45,144 nt of DNA. Origin: Pseudomonadota bacterium (lineage in GTDB: Bacteria > Desulfobacterota > Desulfobacteria > Desulfobacterales > JBDRRP01). Below, piece by piece: positions 9,355-18,698 of the stretch; the first letter of the stretch is position 1; each line of letters starts with the position of its first letter. Position numbers and translations under genes: made by a program. The stretch is taken from assembly GCA_043825735.1 (NCBI GenBank), contig JBDRRP010000134.1, positions 1-45,144 on the forward strand, written 5' to 3'. Under the pieces are notes generated by a model. It saw nothing but the letters and a program-made list of their open reading frames with translations, did not search any database and had not been told where the DNA came from.

Positions 9355-10683
9355 TTAAGCGGTGCCCGTCACCATATTGGTCTCCGCCATCGGTCCTTTG
9401 CGGGCATATTTGGCCAGCAGGTAAAAATCGACAGCGCCCAGCAGTCCGTAAACCACGAGAAACCCGACCAAGGTCATTGCCACCTGGATGGTATCGATGG
9501 GTGAGACCGCCTGGGGTGTGCGCATCAAGCGGTATACGATCCAGGGTTGGCGGCCGACCTCAGCCACCAGCCACCCGAATTCGATCGCCAGGTAGCTCAG
9601 GGGCAGCGACCATACCATCAATTTCAGATATCCCGGACTCTCCATCAGGCGGTTGCGTTTAAAAAAGCCGATGAGGGTCATGAGAATGAAATAGGTACCG
9701 AGTGCCACCATGAGGCGGAAGGATATGAAGGTCAGAAGAACCGGCGGACGCTCATCTTTGGGGAAATCCTTAAGACCCCTCACCTCGGCGTTGACATCAT
9801 GGTAGCCCAAAAAGCTGAGAACTCCGGGAATGGTGCCGATCTGCACAACATTTTTTCCATCTTCCTGGCTCGGAATGGCCAGCAAGTGAATGGGCGCCCG
9901 GGTACTGGTTTCCCAGTGGGCCTCCATAGCCGCCAGTTTTTCAGGCTGCGTTTGGGTGACATTGACAGCATGCAAGTCGCCTTCGATGGCGATGAAAATG
10001 GAGAACACCAGCCCGAAGGTCAGTCCGATCTTAAAAGATCGGGTAAAAAAGTCGACATGCTGCTTTTTAAGGAGGTGATAGGCGCTGATCCCCATAACGA
10101 AGAAGGCCGAGAGAATGTAGGCGGCCGGCAAGGTGTGCAGGATCGTGAGAATACCGAACTGGTTGAATACCACGGCCGCAAAATCGGTCAGCTCCGCGCG
10201 GCCGTTTCGGAGGGTAAACCCCACCGGATGCTGCATCCAGCTGTTGGCGATCAGAATCCAGATGGCGGAAAGGTTGGTGGCGCCGGCCACCAGCCAGATC
10301 ACAACGGCGTGGGCTTTCTTGGACAGTTTTTTCCATCCGAAAACCCATACGCCAACAAAGGTGGATTCCAGGAAGAAGGCTGCGGTGGCTTCGATGGCCA
10401 GAAGTGACCCAAAGATGTCACCGACATAAGCGGAATAGCGAGACCAGTTAGTGCCGAACTGAAATTCCAGGGTAATACCGGTGACCACGCCCAGGGCAAA
10501 GTTGATCAAAAACAGCTTGCCCCAGAACTTCGTCATGGCCAGGTAGGTCTCATCCCCTGTTTTGACGTATTTGGTTTCCATCCAGGCGACAAGAACGGAA
10601 AGCCCCAGAGTCAACGGAACAAACAGGAAATGGAACATGGTGGCTGCTGCAAACTGCAGCCGTGAGAGTAGCAAAACATCCAT
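9355..10683 (-). CDS. cydA: Cytochrome bd ubiquinol oxidase subunit I (short Q-loop)
   Basis: LSRLQFA..HFLFVPLTLG, EFQFGTNW, QPEKLAAMEA and EVGRQPW motifs, 442 aa. Confidence 0.96.
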   Translation of the reverse strand: MDVLLLSRLQFAAATMFHFLFVPLTLGLSVLVAWMETKYVKTGDETYLAMTKFWGKLFLINFALGVVTGITLEFQFGTNWSRYSAYVGDIFGSLLAIEATAAFFLESTFVGVWVFGWKKLSKKAHAVVIWLVAGATNLSAIWILIANSWMQHPVGFTLRNGRAELTDFAAVVFNQFGILTILHTLPAAYILSAFFVMGISAYHLLKKQHVDFFTRSFKIGLTFGLVFSIFIAIEGDLHAVNVTQTQPEKLAAMEAHWETSTRAPIHLLAIPSQEDGKNVVQIGTIPGVLSFLGYHDVNAEVRGLKDFPKDERPPVLLTFISFRLMVALGTYFILMTLIGFFKRNRLMESPGYLKLMVWSLPLSYLAIEFGWLVAEVGRQPWIVYRLMRTPQAVSPIDTIQVAMTLVGFLVVYGLLGAVDFYLLAKYARKGPMAETNMVTGTA

Positions 10684-10768
10684 AAACCAGCCTCCTTTCT
10701 AAGTGGGGGGATTGTGCTAGGGTGAATCATCTCACAGCACTGGTGGTTCATGGTATGCCAGTGCAAAA

Positions 10769-11215
10769 TCACCTTTTTTCTTCTTGACTCTCGCCAAGCA
10801 AATCAAAGCAGCTGGGTTCCGCAAGAAGGGTGGCAAAGGTCGTCTCTTCCAGCGTTTGGCGGAGCTGACGCCGCACCTTTTGCCAGACCTGATTAACGGT
10901 GCAGGTGGGGCTGCGGAAGCAGCTTTCCGGACGCATCAGGCAGTCGTTCAGAAAAATCTCTCCGATGACGGCCTCGATAACACCGAGCAGTGTTACTTTT
11001 TCCGGGGGCACGAGCAGCCGGAATCCGCCCTTGGGCCCTTGAACGATTTCGATGTAGCCTGCCCGGGCCAATTGCTGGGCGATTTTGCCCAGGAACTGGG
11101 CCGGAATATCCATGGCGCTGGCAATTTCCATGCGACTGCCGATGGAGCCCACCTCAAGGCAGGAAAGAAACAGCATACAGCGGACCGCATACTCACCGGC
11201 TCTGGTTAATCTCAT
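10769..11215 (-). CDS. Rrf2-family transcriptional regulator (three Cys, probable Fe-S)
   Basis: MRLTRAGEYAVR...FLGKIAQQLARAG...GPKGGFRL and CLMRPESCFRSPTC. First gene of the cydAB operon. Confidence 0.92.
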   Translation of the reverse strand: MRLTRAGEYAVRCMLFLSCLEVGSIGSRMEIASAMDIPAQFLGKIAQQLARAGYIEIVQGPKGGFRLLVPPEKVTLLGVIEAVIGEIFLNDCLMRPESCFRSPTCTVNQVWQKVRRQLRQTLEETTFATLLAEPSCFDLLGESQEEKR

Positions 11216-11236
11216 ATCTTGTCACCATGGTAACTC

Positions 11237-11299
11237 GGAATAAATATGATATATTGGATCTTATTTATCCTGCTTATGCGAACCGTTCCCCTCTGTCAA
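11237..11299 (-). promoter_or_regulatory. Putative promoter and AT-rich operator of the rrf2-cydAB operon
   Basis: Minus-strand TTGACA (11294-11299), 17 nt, weak -10 TAAGCA. Followed by the imperfect inverted repeat GGAATAAATATGAT-N7-ATCTTATTTATCC (11237-11270). Confidence 0.5.
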
Positions 11300-11570
11300 C
11301 CGATTTTTCTTAATGGCCACCGTGTTACGAAAGAACCTCGGCTAAATGCGATTGCGCCCGCATGGATTTGCGTCCCGCTGTTTCATGCCCCGAATGCGCC
11401 GTCAGAAAGCCATCAACAACATTCCTTCTTGAGAGACACGACGGGCGATTCGGTCTATTCCATCGACTGGTTTGTGGACTGAAATCCATTGACATTTACC
11501 GGCATCCTTCGATCCGGAACCGGTTCAATGCATGGTTGGTTGCACGCACGATGGTGGCGGTCTAACCATA

Positions 11571-11599
11571 TTGACAACGCATTCAAAACCCAAGATAGT
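11571..11599 (+). promoter_or_regulatory. Putative sigma70 promoter facing the signalling island
   Basis: TTGACA-17 nt-GATAGT. Confidence 0.45.
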
Positions 11600-11764
11600 G
11601 AGACATTCCACTGCAGTGATCTGATTCTACACAAAGAGTAAGGCAAGCGTAAGATCTGACCGCGTGAGTACCCGGAGTACCGAAATACGATTTCTTGCAC
11701 CCTTCATTTTTTCTTTTTCAGACGCGACAAACTAAAGGGCCTGATTGCCGACGACATGTTTTTC

Positions 11765-12055
11765 AGCGCCTTGAAACTCACCGAAACCCGGCAGCAAGTC
11801 CGGGTCGACATCGGGTTGCTGCCCGGGCAGTAATGCGAAGCCGTGTTTTTTATGCACGATCAAAACGAGGGGTTCGACATCGCGTTAGCGAACAAACTCT
11901 TCGGCGTGTTCCAGCGCCTGCATCGCGCCGAGGACTCCGAGGGCACTGGTATCGGGCTGGCCGACGTGCGCCGCATCATCGCTCGGCACGGCGGCCGGAC
12001 CTGGGCGGAGGGAAAAGTGAATCAGGGGGCCATGTTCAGCTTCCCGTTTCCCTAA
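11765..12055 (+). pseudogene. Degenerate HATPase_c remnant (sixth copy of the island's kinase transmitter)
   Basis: SALKLTETRQQVRVDIGLLPGQ*CEAVFFMHDQNEGFD...[23 protein letters not shown] aligns with the paralog C-termini. Internal TAA at 11831-11833, eroded G1 box, no HisKA. Confidence 0.85.
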
Positions 12056-12070
12056 ACCACCGGAGGAAAA

Positions 12071-12979
12071 ATGAATCACAAAGTCTTGATATCCCTGCTA
12101 CTGCTCGCAACGTTTCTGGGCTGCAACGGGGAATCCGGAGACAAAGGGCCTCGGTTTGGTGAGCGGCCGCCTTCTGCGGGCGTTCCGGTGTACAAACTCG
12201 CGGTTCATCCCCTTCACAATCCCGCCAAACTCCTGCAGGCGTATCAGCCGCTCGTCGATTTTCTGAACGGCAGGCTGCGGGGCGCACGCCTGACCCTCGA
12301 GGCATCACGGGACTACGCCAACTTCGAGGAAAAGTATCAGGCCCGCAAACCCGCGTTTCTCCTCCCCAACCCCTGGCAGACCCTGCAGGCCATGCGGATC
12401 GGCTACCAGGTCATCGCTATGGCCGGCGAGCCGACCGATTTCAAAGGCATTTTCGTGGTACGCAAAGACAGCGGCCTGAAACAACCCGCGGATCTGAAGG
12501 GAAAATCCGTGAGCTATCCCTCGCCAACGGCCCTGGCGGCCTGCATCATGCCGCAGTGGTTCCTTTATGAACACGGGATCGATGTGAATGCCGATATCCA
12601 AAACCACTATGTCGGGTCCCAGGAATCCGCGATCATGAATGCCCACCTGCGAATCACGGCTGCCGGCGCCACCTGGCCGCCCCCCTGGCGGGCTTTTCAA
12701 AAGGAACATCCCCGCGAGGCAGCGGAGCTGAGCGTTCTCTGGGAAACGGACCCGCTCATCAACAACTCGGTGATGACGCGCGACGATGTGCCTGCCGATG
12801 TGCGGGAGCAGGTCCGCGCCATGCTGATTGGACTGGATGGAACCCGGGAGGGCGGGCCGATTCTTGCCGGCATGGAAACGGCCCGCTTTCTTCCCGCCAG
12901 GGACGCGGACTACGACGTGGTGCGGCAATTCGTCTTGCGCTTCGAGGAAAAGGTTCGGCTTGTGGAGGCGCGAAAATGA
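12071..12979 (+). CDS. PhnD-like (phosphate/phosphonate-type) solute-binding lipoprotein
   Basis: Lipobox FLGC, PhnD-like motifs (YQPLVDFLN, DLKGKSVSYPSPTA, VGSQESA). ATGA overlap with the downstream kinase. No permease or ATPase nearby. Confidence 0.85.
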   Translation: MNHKVLISLLLLATFLGCNGESGDKGPRFGERPPSAGVPVYKLAVHPLHNPAKLLQAYQPLVDFLNGRLRGARLTLEASRDYANFEEKYQARKPAFLLPNPWQTLQAMRIGYQVIAMAGEPTDFKGIFVVRKDSGLKQPADLKGKSVSYPSPTALAACIMPQWFLYEHGIDVNADIQNHYVGSQESAIMNAHLRITAAGATWPPPWRAFQKEHPREAAELSVLWETDPLINNSVMTRDDVPADVREQVRAMLIGLDGTREGGPILAGMETARFLPARDADYDVVRQFVLRFEEKVRLVEARK

Positions 12980-15693
12980 TGCAGACGCTGTATAATTTTC
13001 TGTTTGGTACGCTCCGCGGTCGCCTCATTATCAGCGTGGCCGCGGTGCATGCGGTGATGATGGCCCTTTTCATCGTCGATCTGACCGTCCGTCAGCGCAG
13101 CATGCTCCTGGACCGACAGATCGAGGAGGCGACCGCGCTGTCCCAAGCCCTCGCCACCTCCGCCGCAGGCTGGCTCGCGGCGAACGACGTCGCCGGCCTC
13201 CAGGAGATCGTGGAGGTTCAGCGCCGTTATCCGGAGCTTCTCTTCGCCATTCTTGTGGACGAAGAGGGCCGCGTGCTGGCCAGCACCAAGGTGTCTGAAC
13301 AGGGGCAATACATGCTCGATTTGCCCCGCGAAGCGCATCAGAAGATGCTCTCCCGCACACCTGCGCTGGTGGATGTCGCCACGCCGGCGATGATTGGACA
13401 ACAGCACGTCGGCTGGGCACGCATTGGCATCGGGCAGGCCGCGGCGGGCAAAACGCTGGCGGAGATCACCCGGAACGGGGTGATTTACGCACTCGCCGCG
13501 ATCCTCATCGGCTCGGTCATCGCATGGTTTATGGGGCGGAAGATCAGCCGAAGGCTCTATGCCGTCCAGGAAACCATCGACGCCGTTCGCGCCGGCAACC
13601 ACCTGGCCCGCTCTGCACTTGCCGGCGACGACGAGTCTGCTGTCATGGCCCGTGAGTTCAACGCCATGCTGGATGCCTTGGCGGAGCGGGATGCCGAGCT
13701 GCGTGCCGGTGAGGGAAAGTACCGGTCGCTCATCGGTGCAGTTCAGGCGGCCATCGTGGTTCATGACGGCCAAGGCCACATCCTGACCAGCAATCCCCTG
13801 GCACAGGAACTGCTCGGCCTTTCCGAGGATCAACTGCTCGGCAGGGCCCTGATCGATCCTCAATGGCATTTTTTGCGGGAAGAGGGTTCTATTATGCCGG
13901 TTGCTGAATATCCCGTAAGTCTGGTTCTTTCCAGCCGGCAGCCACTCCGGGATTATGTGACGGGGATCAGCCATCCGGACCGGGATGAGGTCGGCTGGGC
14001 GCTGGTCAATGCCGAGCCGGAATATAACGCGGCAGGCGCAATCGAGCAGGTTATCGTTTCTTTTATAGACATCACTGAACGCAAGCGGGCGGAGAAAGCG
14101 TTGCGGGAAAGCGAGGAAAGGTATCGACTGGTTTTCGAAAACTCGCCGGTCTCGATCTGGGAAGAGGATTTTTCCGGTGTAAAGCGCTTGTTTGATGGTC
14201 TTCGACAGAAGGGGGTCGGCGATATCGAAACCTACTTTGCCCAACATCCCGAAACCCTGCGGCAGTGCGCTGATTTGATCAAGATCGTTGATGTGAACCG
14301 GGCCGCCCTGGCGCTGCACGGGGCGGCGACCAAGGCGGAATTGCTGGCGGGCCTGGTCGACACGTTTACGCCGGCGTCTTTTGATACCTTCCGGCAGGAA
14401 CTGGTCTGCCTGTGGAACGGGGGGACGGCGATGAACAACGACGCCGTCGTCCAAACCCTGGCAGGCGATCCGCGCAACGTGAGCGTCTATTTCTCGGTGG
14501 GCCCCGGCCACGAGCAAACGCTTGACAAAGTCCTTGTTTCACTCGTCGATATCACCGAGCGCAAACAAATAGAAAATGCATTGAGCGCGTCCGAAGCGGA
14601 ACTGCGCACTTTAATTAATGCCATGACGGATATCATCATCGTCAGCAATGCAGAAGGGCGCTACCTGAAGATCGTTGATACGAGACCATCTCTGCTCTAC
14701 AAACCGCCAATTGAATTGTTGGGAAAGACACTCCACGAGGTGTTTCCCAAGGATCAGGCCGACTTTTTCCTGAACCACATCAAACACGCCCTTGACACGC
14801 AACAGTCGGTCAATTTCGAATACCGTCTACCCGTTGGCAATAACGAAATCTGGTTCAATGCTACGATTTCTCCCATTTCCGATCATGAGACCCTGATGGT
14901 GGCCCGCGACATCAGCGACCGCAAGCAGGCGGAAGAGAAGCTTTCCAGGTACCGCGACCAACTCGAGGCCTTGGTGCGGGCGCGTACGGCGGAATTGGAA
15001 GCGACGAACAAGGAATTGGAGGCCTTCGCCTATTCCGTCTCCCACGATCTGCGCTCGCCGCTGCGTCACATCGACGGATTTCTGGTACTGCTGCAAAAGA
15101 AAGCGGGAGCGGCGCTGGACGACCAGAGCCGGCACTACATGGATACCATTTCCGATTCGGCCAAGAAAATGGGCCTGTTGATCGACGATCTGCTCGCCTT
15201 CTCCCGCATGGGGCGTCATTCCGTGACGATGGAACCGGCGGACCTTGGGGATTTGGTGCGCGAGGCCATCCGGGAATTCGAACCCGATGTGGCCGGCAGG
15301 GACATCGATTGGTGGATCGGTGATCTGCCATCGGTGACCGGGGATGCGTCCATGCTGCGGATCGTGATGACCAACCTGATCGCCAATGCCCTAAAATTCA
15401 CCAAGTCCCGGCAGAAGGCCCGAATCGAAATCGGGGCCCTGCCCGGCCAGGAGGCCGAAGCCGTGATTTTCGTGCGCGATAACGGCGTGGGCTTCGACAT
15501 GGCCTATGCGGACAAGCTCTTCGGCGTGTTCCAGCGCCTGCACCGCGCCGAGGAGTTCGAGGGCACCGGCATCGGCCTGGCCAATGTGCACCGCATCATA
15601 GCCCGGCACGGCGGGCGGACCTGGGCCGAGGGAAAAGTCAACTACGGGGCCACGTTTTATTTCGCGTTGCCGTCATCTGGCCAGGGATCATAA
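12976..15693 (+). CDS. Membrane sensor histidine kinase (TM-periplasmic-TM-HAMP-3xPAS-HisKA-HATPase)
   Basis: Two TM helices, HAMP (DDESAVMAREFNAM), three PAS/PAC units ending DITERK/DISDRK, SVSHDLRSPLRHI, DNGVGF, GTGIGLA. Confidence 0.93.
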   Translation: MMQTLYNFLFGTLRGRLIISVAAVHAVMMALFIVDLTVRQRSMLLDRQIEEATALSQALATSAAGWLAANDVAGLQEIVEVQRRYPELLFAILVDEEGRVLASTKVSEQGQYMLDLPREAHQKMLSRTPALVDVATPAMIGQQHVGWARIGIGQAAAGKTLAEITRNGVIYALAAILIGSVIAWFMGRKISRRLYAVQETIDAVRAGNHLARSALAGDDESAVMAREFNAMLDALAERDAELRAGEGKYRSLIGAVQAAIVVHDGQGHILTSNPLAQELLGLSEDQLLGRALIDPQWHFLREEGSIMPVAEYPVSLVLSSRQPLRDYVTGISHPDRDEVGWALVNAEPEYNAAGAIEQVIVSFIDITERKRAEKALRESEERYRLVFENSPVSIWEEDFSGVKRLFDGLRQKGVGDIETYFAQHPETLRQCADLIKIVDVNRAALALHGAATKAELLAGLVDTFTPASFDTFRQELVCLWNGGTAMNNDAVVQTLAGDPRNVSVYFSVGPGHEQTLDKVLVSLVDITERKQIENALSASEAELRTLINAMTDIIIVSNAEGRYLKIVDTRPSLLYKPPIELLGKTLHEVFPKDQADFFLNHIKHALDTQQSVNFEYRLPVGNNEIWFNATISPISDHETLMVARDISDRKQAEEKLSRYRDQLEALVRARTAELEATNKELEAFAYSVSHDLRSPLRHIDGFLVLLQKKAGAALDDQSRHYMDTISDSAKKMGLLIDDLLAFSRMGRHSVTMEPADLGDLVREAIREFEPDVAGRDIDWWIGDLPSVTGDASMLRIVMTNLIANALKFTKSRQKARIEIGALPGQEAEAVIFVRDNGVGFDMAYADKLFGVFQRLHRAEEFEGTGIGLANVHRIIARHGGRTWAEGKVNYGATFYFALPSSGQGS

Positions 15694-15769
15694 CGATTGA
15701 ACTCATTCTTTCTGGTCGGGGACAAAGTGAAAGTCAATTTTTACAGAAATTTTAACAGGAGGAACTAAA

Positions 15770-16426
15770 ATGCATATTAAAACATCAGCCCTTGAAGAAT
15801 TGCAGCTTGGCATTGGCAGTTATTCCTGCAATTGGGGAACGCATATTTGTGGTCTGTATGAAACTGAGCAAGAGCGCGATGAAATTGTTTTCGGATATTT
15901 GGGGCAAGGCTGCATCGACAATGACAAGCAGATTTTCATTCACAGCGAACAAACCGAAGAACATTTCTGGCAAACCCTGCATGTGGAATGCCCTGCATGC
16001 ACTGCAAGTAAAGAAAACCCTGGGCGATTGGATGTGAAAAAGGCCAGGGAACTGTATTATCCGGAGGGCGTTTTTGACCCCTGGTACATGGATAAAGCGG
16101 TAAACGGGTATTTTGATTATACTCAGGCCGACGGGAAGAACAATTTGCGGGCCGTTGCCGAAATGGCGTGGGCTCTACAAGCCATTAAAGGGGTGGAGCA
16201 TTTGTTTGCCTATGAGTCGCGATTGAATTATTTCGTGCAAGGCAGGACGGTACTCAGTCTGTGTTTATACAATATCTCAAAAATATCAGGCGAAACCGTG
16301 ATGAATGTCTTGCGCACACACCCTTTTACCATCAACGGAGGCGTGATTACCGCAAATCCGTTTTATGAAGAACCGGATACATGGCTCGCAAAAAATGCTC
16401 CCCAGTTTTTGAACAAAGAAGGATAA
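15770..16426 (+). CDS. Stand-alone MEDS (DcmR-like sensory) domain protein
   Basis: WGTHICGLYETEQE...LRAVAEMAWAL...YESRLN...LCLYN...VLRTHP...NPFY matches MEDS. Abuts the next gene (TAA-ATG). Confidence 0.85.
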   Translation: MHIKTSALEELQLGIGSYSCNWGTHICGLYETEQERDEIVFGYLGQGCIDNDKQIFIHSEQTEEHFWQTLHVECPACTASKENPGRLDVKKARELYYPEGVFDPWYMDKAVNGYFDYTQADGKNNLRAVAEMAWALQAIKGVEHLFAYESRLNYFVQGRTVLSLCLYNISKISGETVMNVLRTHPFTINGGVITANPFYEEPDTWLAKNAPQFLNKEG

Positions 16427-18544
16427 ATGATGAAAACCCATGCCCAGGAATTATTTCTCTTAACTGCGACCTTATCGCAATTAAGCAGTAGAGAAAAGAT
16501 CATTCAGCTTTTTACTGAAAGCATGAATGATATATTTCACGAGTATTCCTTTGCATGGTTTTCGGAGAAACCCGTTGAATGCGATACCATGCTTGAGGTT
16601 TGTACAAGGCACAAAAACTACGGCTATCTTTCGTTCACAACTAATCGCCGGACAGATACAACAATCCATCATCTGATTTATAACGCAACGCAACTTCTGG
16701 CTATCTTTCTTGAAAAAAGAGAAGAAGAGAATTTATTGCTGGATCAAACAAACCACCTTCAAATATTGGTTGAAAAAAAAACATCCGAATTGAGACAGAT
16801 CAATATCCAACTGGCGAAAGAGCTTAACGAACGCAAACAGGCAGTGGAGGCATTCCGGAAGAGTGAAAGAAGATATCGAGACTTGATTCAAAAAGTTCAA
16901 ACCGCCATTGTACTCCACGACGGCCAGGGGCAGATCCTGGACAGCAACCCCCTGGCCCAGGATCTGTTGGGACTTTCCGAAGACCAGCTTCTTGGCAAAT
17001 CTCTGATCGATCCGGAATGGCAGTTCCTGCGGGAGGATGGCACCAAAATGCCTGTTGCTGAATACCCGGTGAGCATGGTGCTCTCCTCGCAACGGGCGCT
17101 CAAGGGGCATGTGACTGGAGTCAGCCGCCCGGATAGAGAGGATATCGCTTGGATGCTTGTGAATGCCGAACCCGAATATGGCAGCACTGGAGAGATATCG
17201 CTGGTGATCGTATCCTTTATGGACATTACCGAGCGCAGGCAGGCAGAAGAAGAGGTCGCATGGAACCTGTCCATTAATCAGGTACTATCCTCATTATACA
17301 TTCCTCTTGTGACGACCGGCACCAGCGTTGAACAAATCGCTAGCATCGTACTGGATAAAAGCAGACAATTGACAAACAGCGCTCACGGTTTCGTGGGCGA
17401 AATCGATCCGGCGACTGGAGACCTGATCGCTCACACCAACACAAAAATGCTCGAAACTGAATGCACGGTGGCAGAAAACGAGCTGCGTAAAGTCAGATTC
17501 CCCCGCAGGGCGGATGGGCTCTATAACGGATTATGGGGGTATGCGTTGAATACCAAGGAGTCGTTTTATACCAATGATTCAACGAAACATCCTGCTTCAG
17601 TTGGCGCCCCGAAAGGGCACTTGACAATTGATGGATTTCTGTCGGTTCCTGTTTTACTGGCCGGGGAACTGGTCGGACAGATTGCGCTATCGAATTCAAC
17701 CCGGGCGTATACGGATCGGGATTTGGACGCGATCAATCGTATTGCCGAATTTTTTGCACTAGCCATTCAGCACAAGCGGGCGGAGGAAGAGATCCACAAA
17801 CTCAATTTTGAACTGGAGCAGCGCGTCAAAGACCGCACCGCCCAACTGGAAACTGCTAACAAAGAGCTCGAAGCCTTTGCCTATTCCGTCTCCCACGACC
17901 TGCGCGCACCCCTGCGTCACATTGATGGATTTATGGAACTGCTGCAAAAGAAAGCTGAGGCGACACTGGACAAACAGGGCCGGCACTATATGGACGTCAT
18001 TTCCGAAGCGGCCCAGAAAATGGGGCTGTTGATCGACGATCTGCTCTCGTTCTCCCGTATGGGGCGCCATGCCATGTCAGCCCAACCGGTGGCGCTGGAG
18101 CCCCTGGTGCACAACGTTATCCGGGAACTTGAGCCCGATACCGCCGGAAGGGAGATCGAATGGCGCATCGGCGACCTTCCCGCGACGAACGGCGATCCCG
18201 CCATGCTGCGCATAGTGCTGGCCAACCTAGTCCTCAATGCCCTAAAATTCACCCGGCCCCGGGAAAAGACCCAAATCGAAATCGGGTCGCTCCCCGGCCA
18301 GGAGGCCGAAACCGTGATTTTCGTGCGCGACAACGGCGTGGGGTTCGACATGGCCTATGCGGACAAACTCTTCGGCGTGTTCCAGCGCCTGCATCGCGCG
18401 GAAGAGTTCGAGGGCACCGGCATCGGGCTGGCCACTGTGCGACGCATCATCGCCCGGCACGGCGGGCGGGTCTGGGCCAAGGGACAAATTGACCAGGGCG
18501 CAGTCTTTTACTTTTCATTGCCGCAAATCATACAGGAGGCATAA
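16427..18544 (+). CDS. Cytoplasmic sensor histidine kinase (N-terminal domain-PAS-GAF-HisKA-HATPase)
   Basis: PAS, GAF (GLWGY...FLSVPVLLAGELVGQIALSN), [13 protein letters not shown] and N/G boxes. Confidence 0.93.
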   Translation: MMKTHAQELFLLTATLSQLSSREKIIQLFTESMNDIFHEYSFAWFSEKPVECDTMLEVCTRHKNYGYLSFTTNRRTDTTIHHLIYNATQLLAIFLEKREEENLLLDQTNHLQILVEKKTSELRQINIQLAKELNERKQAVEAFRKSERRYRDLIQKVQTAIVLHDGQGQILDSNPLAQDLLGLSEDQLLGKSLIDPEWQFLREDGTKMPVAEYPVSMVLSSQRALKGHVTGVSRPDREDIAWMLVNAEPEYGSTGEISLVIVSFMDITERRQAEEEVAWNLSINQVLSSLYIPLVTTGTSVEQIASIVLDKSRQLTNSAHGFVGEIDPATGDLIAHTNTKMLETECTVAENELRKVRFPRRADGLYNGLWGYALNTKESFYTNDSTKHPASVGAPKGHLTIDGFLSVPVLLAGELVGQIALSNSTRAYTDRDLDAINRIAEFFALAIQHKRAEEEIHKLNFELEQRVKDRTAQLETANKELEAFAYSVSHDLRAPLRHIDGFMELLQKKAEATLDKQGRHYMDVISEAAQKMGLLIDDLLSFSRMGRHAMSAQPVALEPLVHNVIRELEPDTAGREIEWRIGDLPATNGDPAMLRIVLANLVLNALKFTRPREKTQIEIGSLPGQEAETVIFVRDNGVGFDMAYADKLFGVFQRLHRAEEFEGTGIGLATVRRIIARHGGRVWAKGQIDQGAVFYFSLPQIIQEA

Positions 18545-18698
18545 ACATTTAGACACTTGAACGTCTCCCAGGGCAAGAAGGAAAAGTCCGATTTGCTTTC
18601 CACGAGTCCATCACCTTGTTCGATGAAAAGGCATAAGGGGTCCTGAGAAATCAGAGGGGAAAGACAAAGATCGTTAACAGTGTTTGGAGGAAAGCAAA

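Noticed and set aside
11715..11760. GACGCGACAAACTAAAGGGCCTGA resembles part of a c-di-GMP-I riboswitch
   Set aside because: The upstream GGCAAA...GAAA stem and the 3' closing strand are absent. An Infernal search would be needed to support it.
12910..14517. Long antisense ORFs (535 aa here; also 22777-24324, 28489-29442, 38978-40318, 43234-43779, 44590-45138)
   Set aside because: These are shadow frames of GC-rich genes. The recurring similar antisense peptides only mirror the duplicated kinase modules.
18575..18615. CTTTCCACGAGTCCATCA looks like a degenerate IS/MITE end
   Set aside because: No convincing partner inverted repeat or target duplication nearby.
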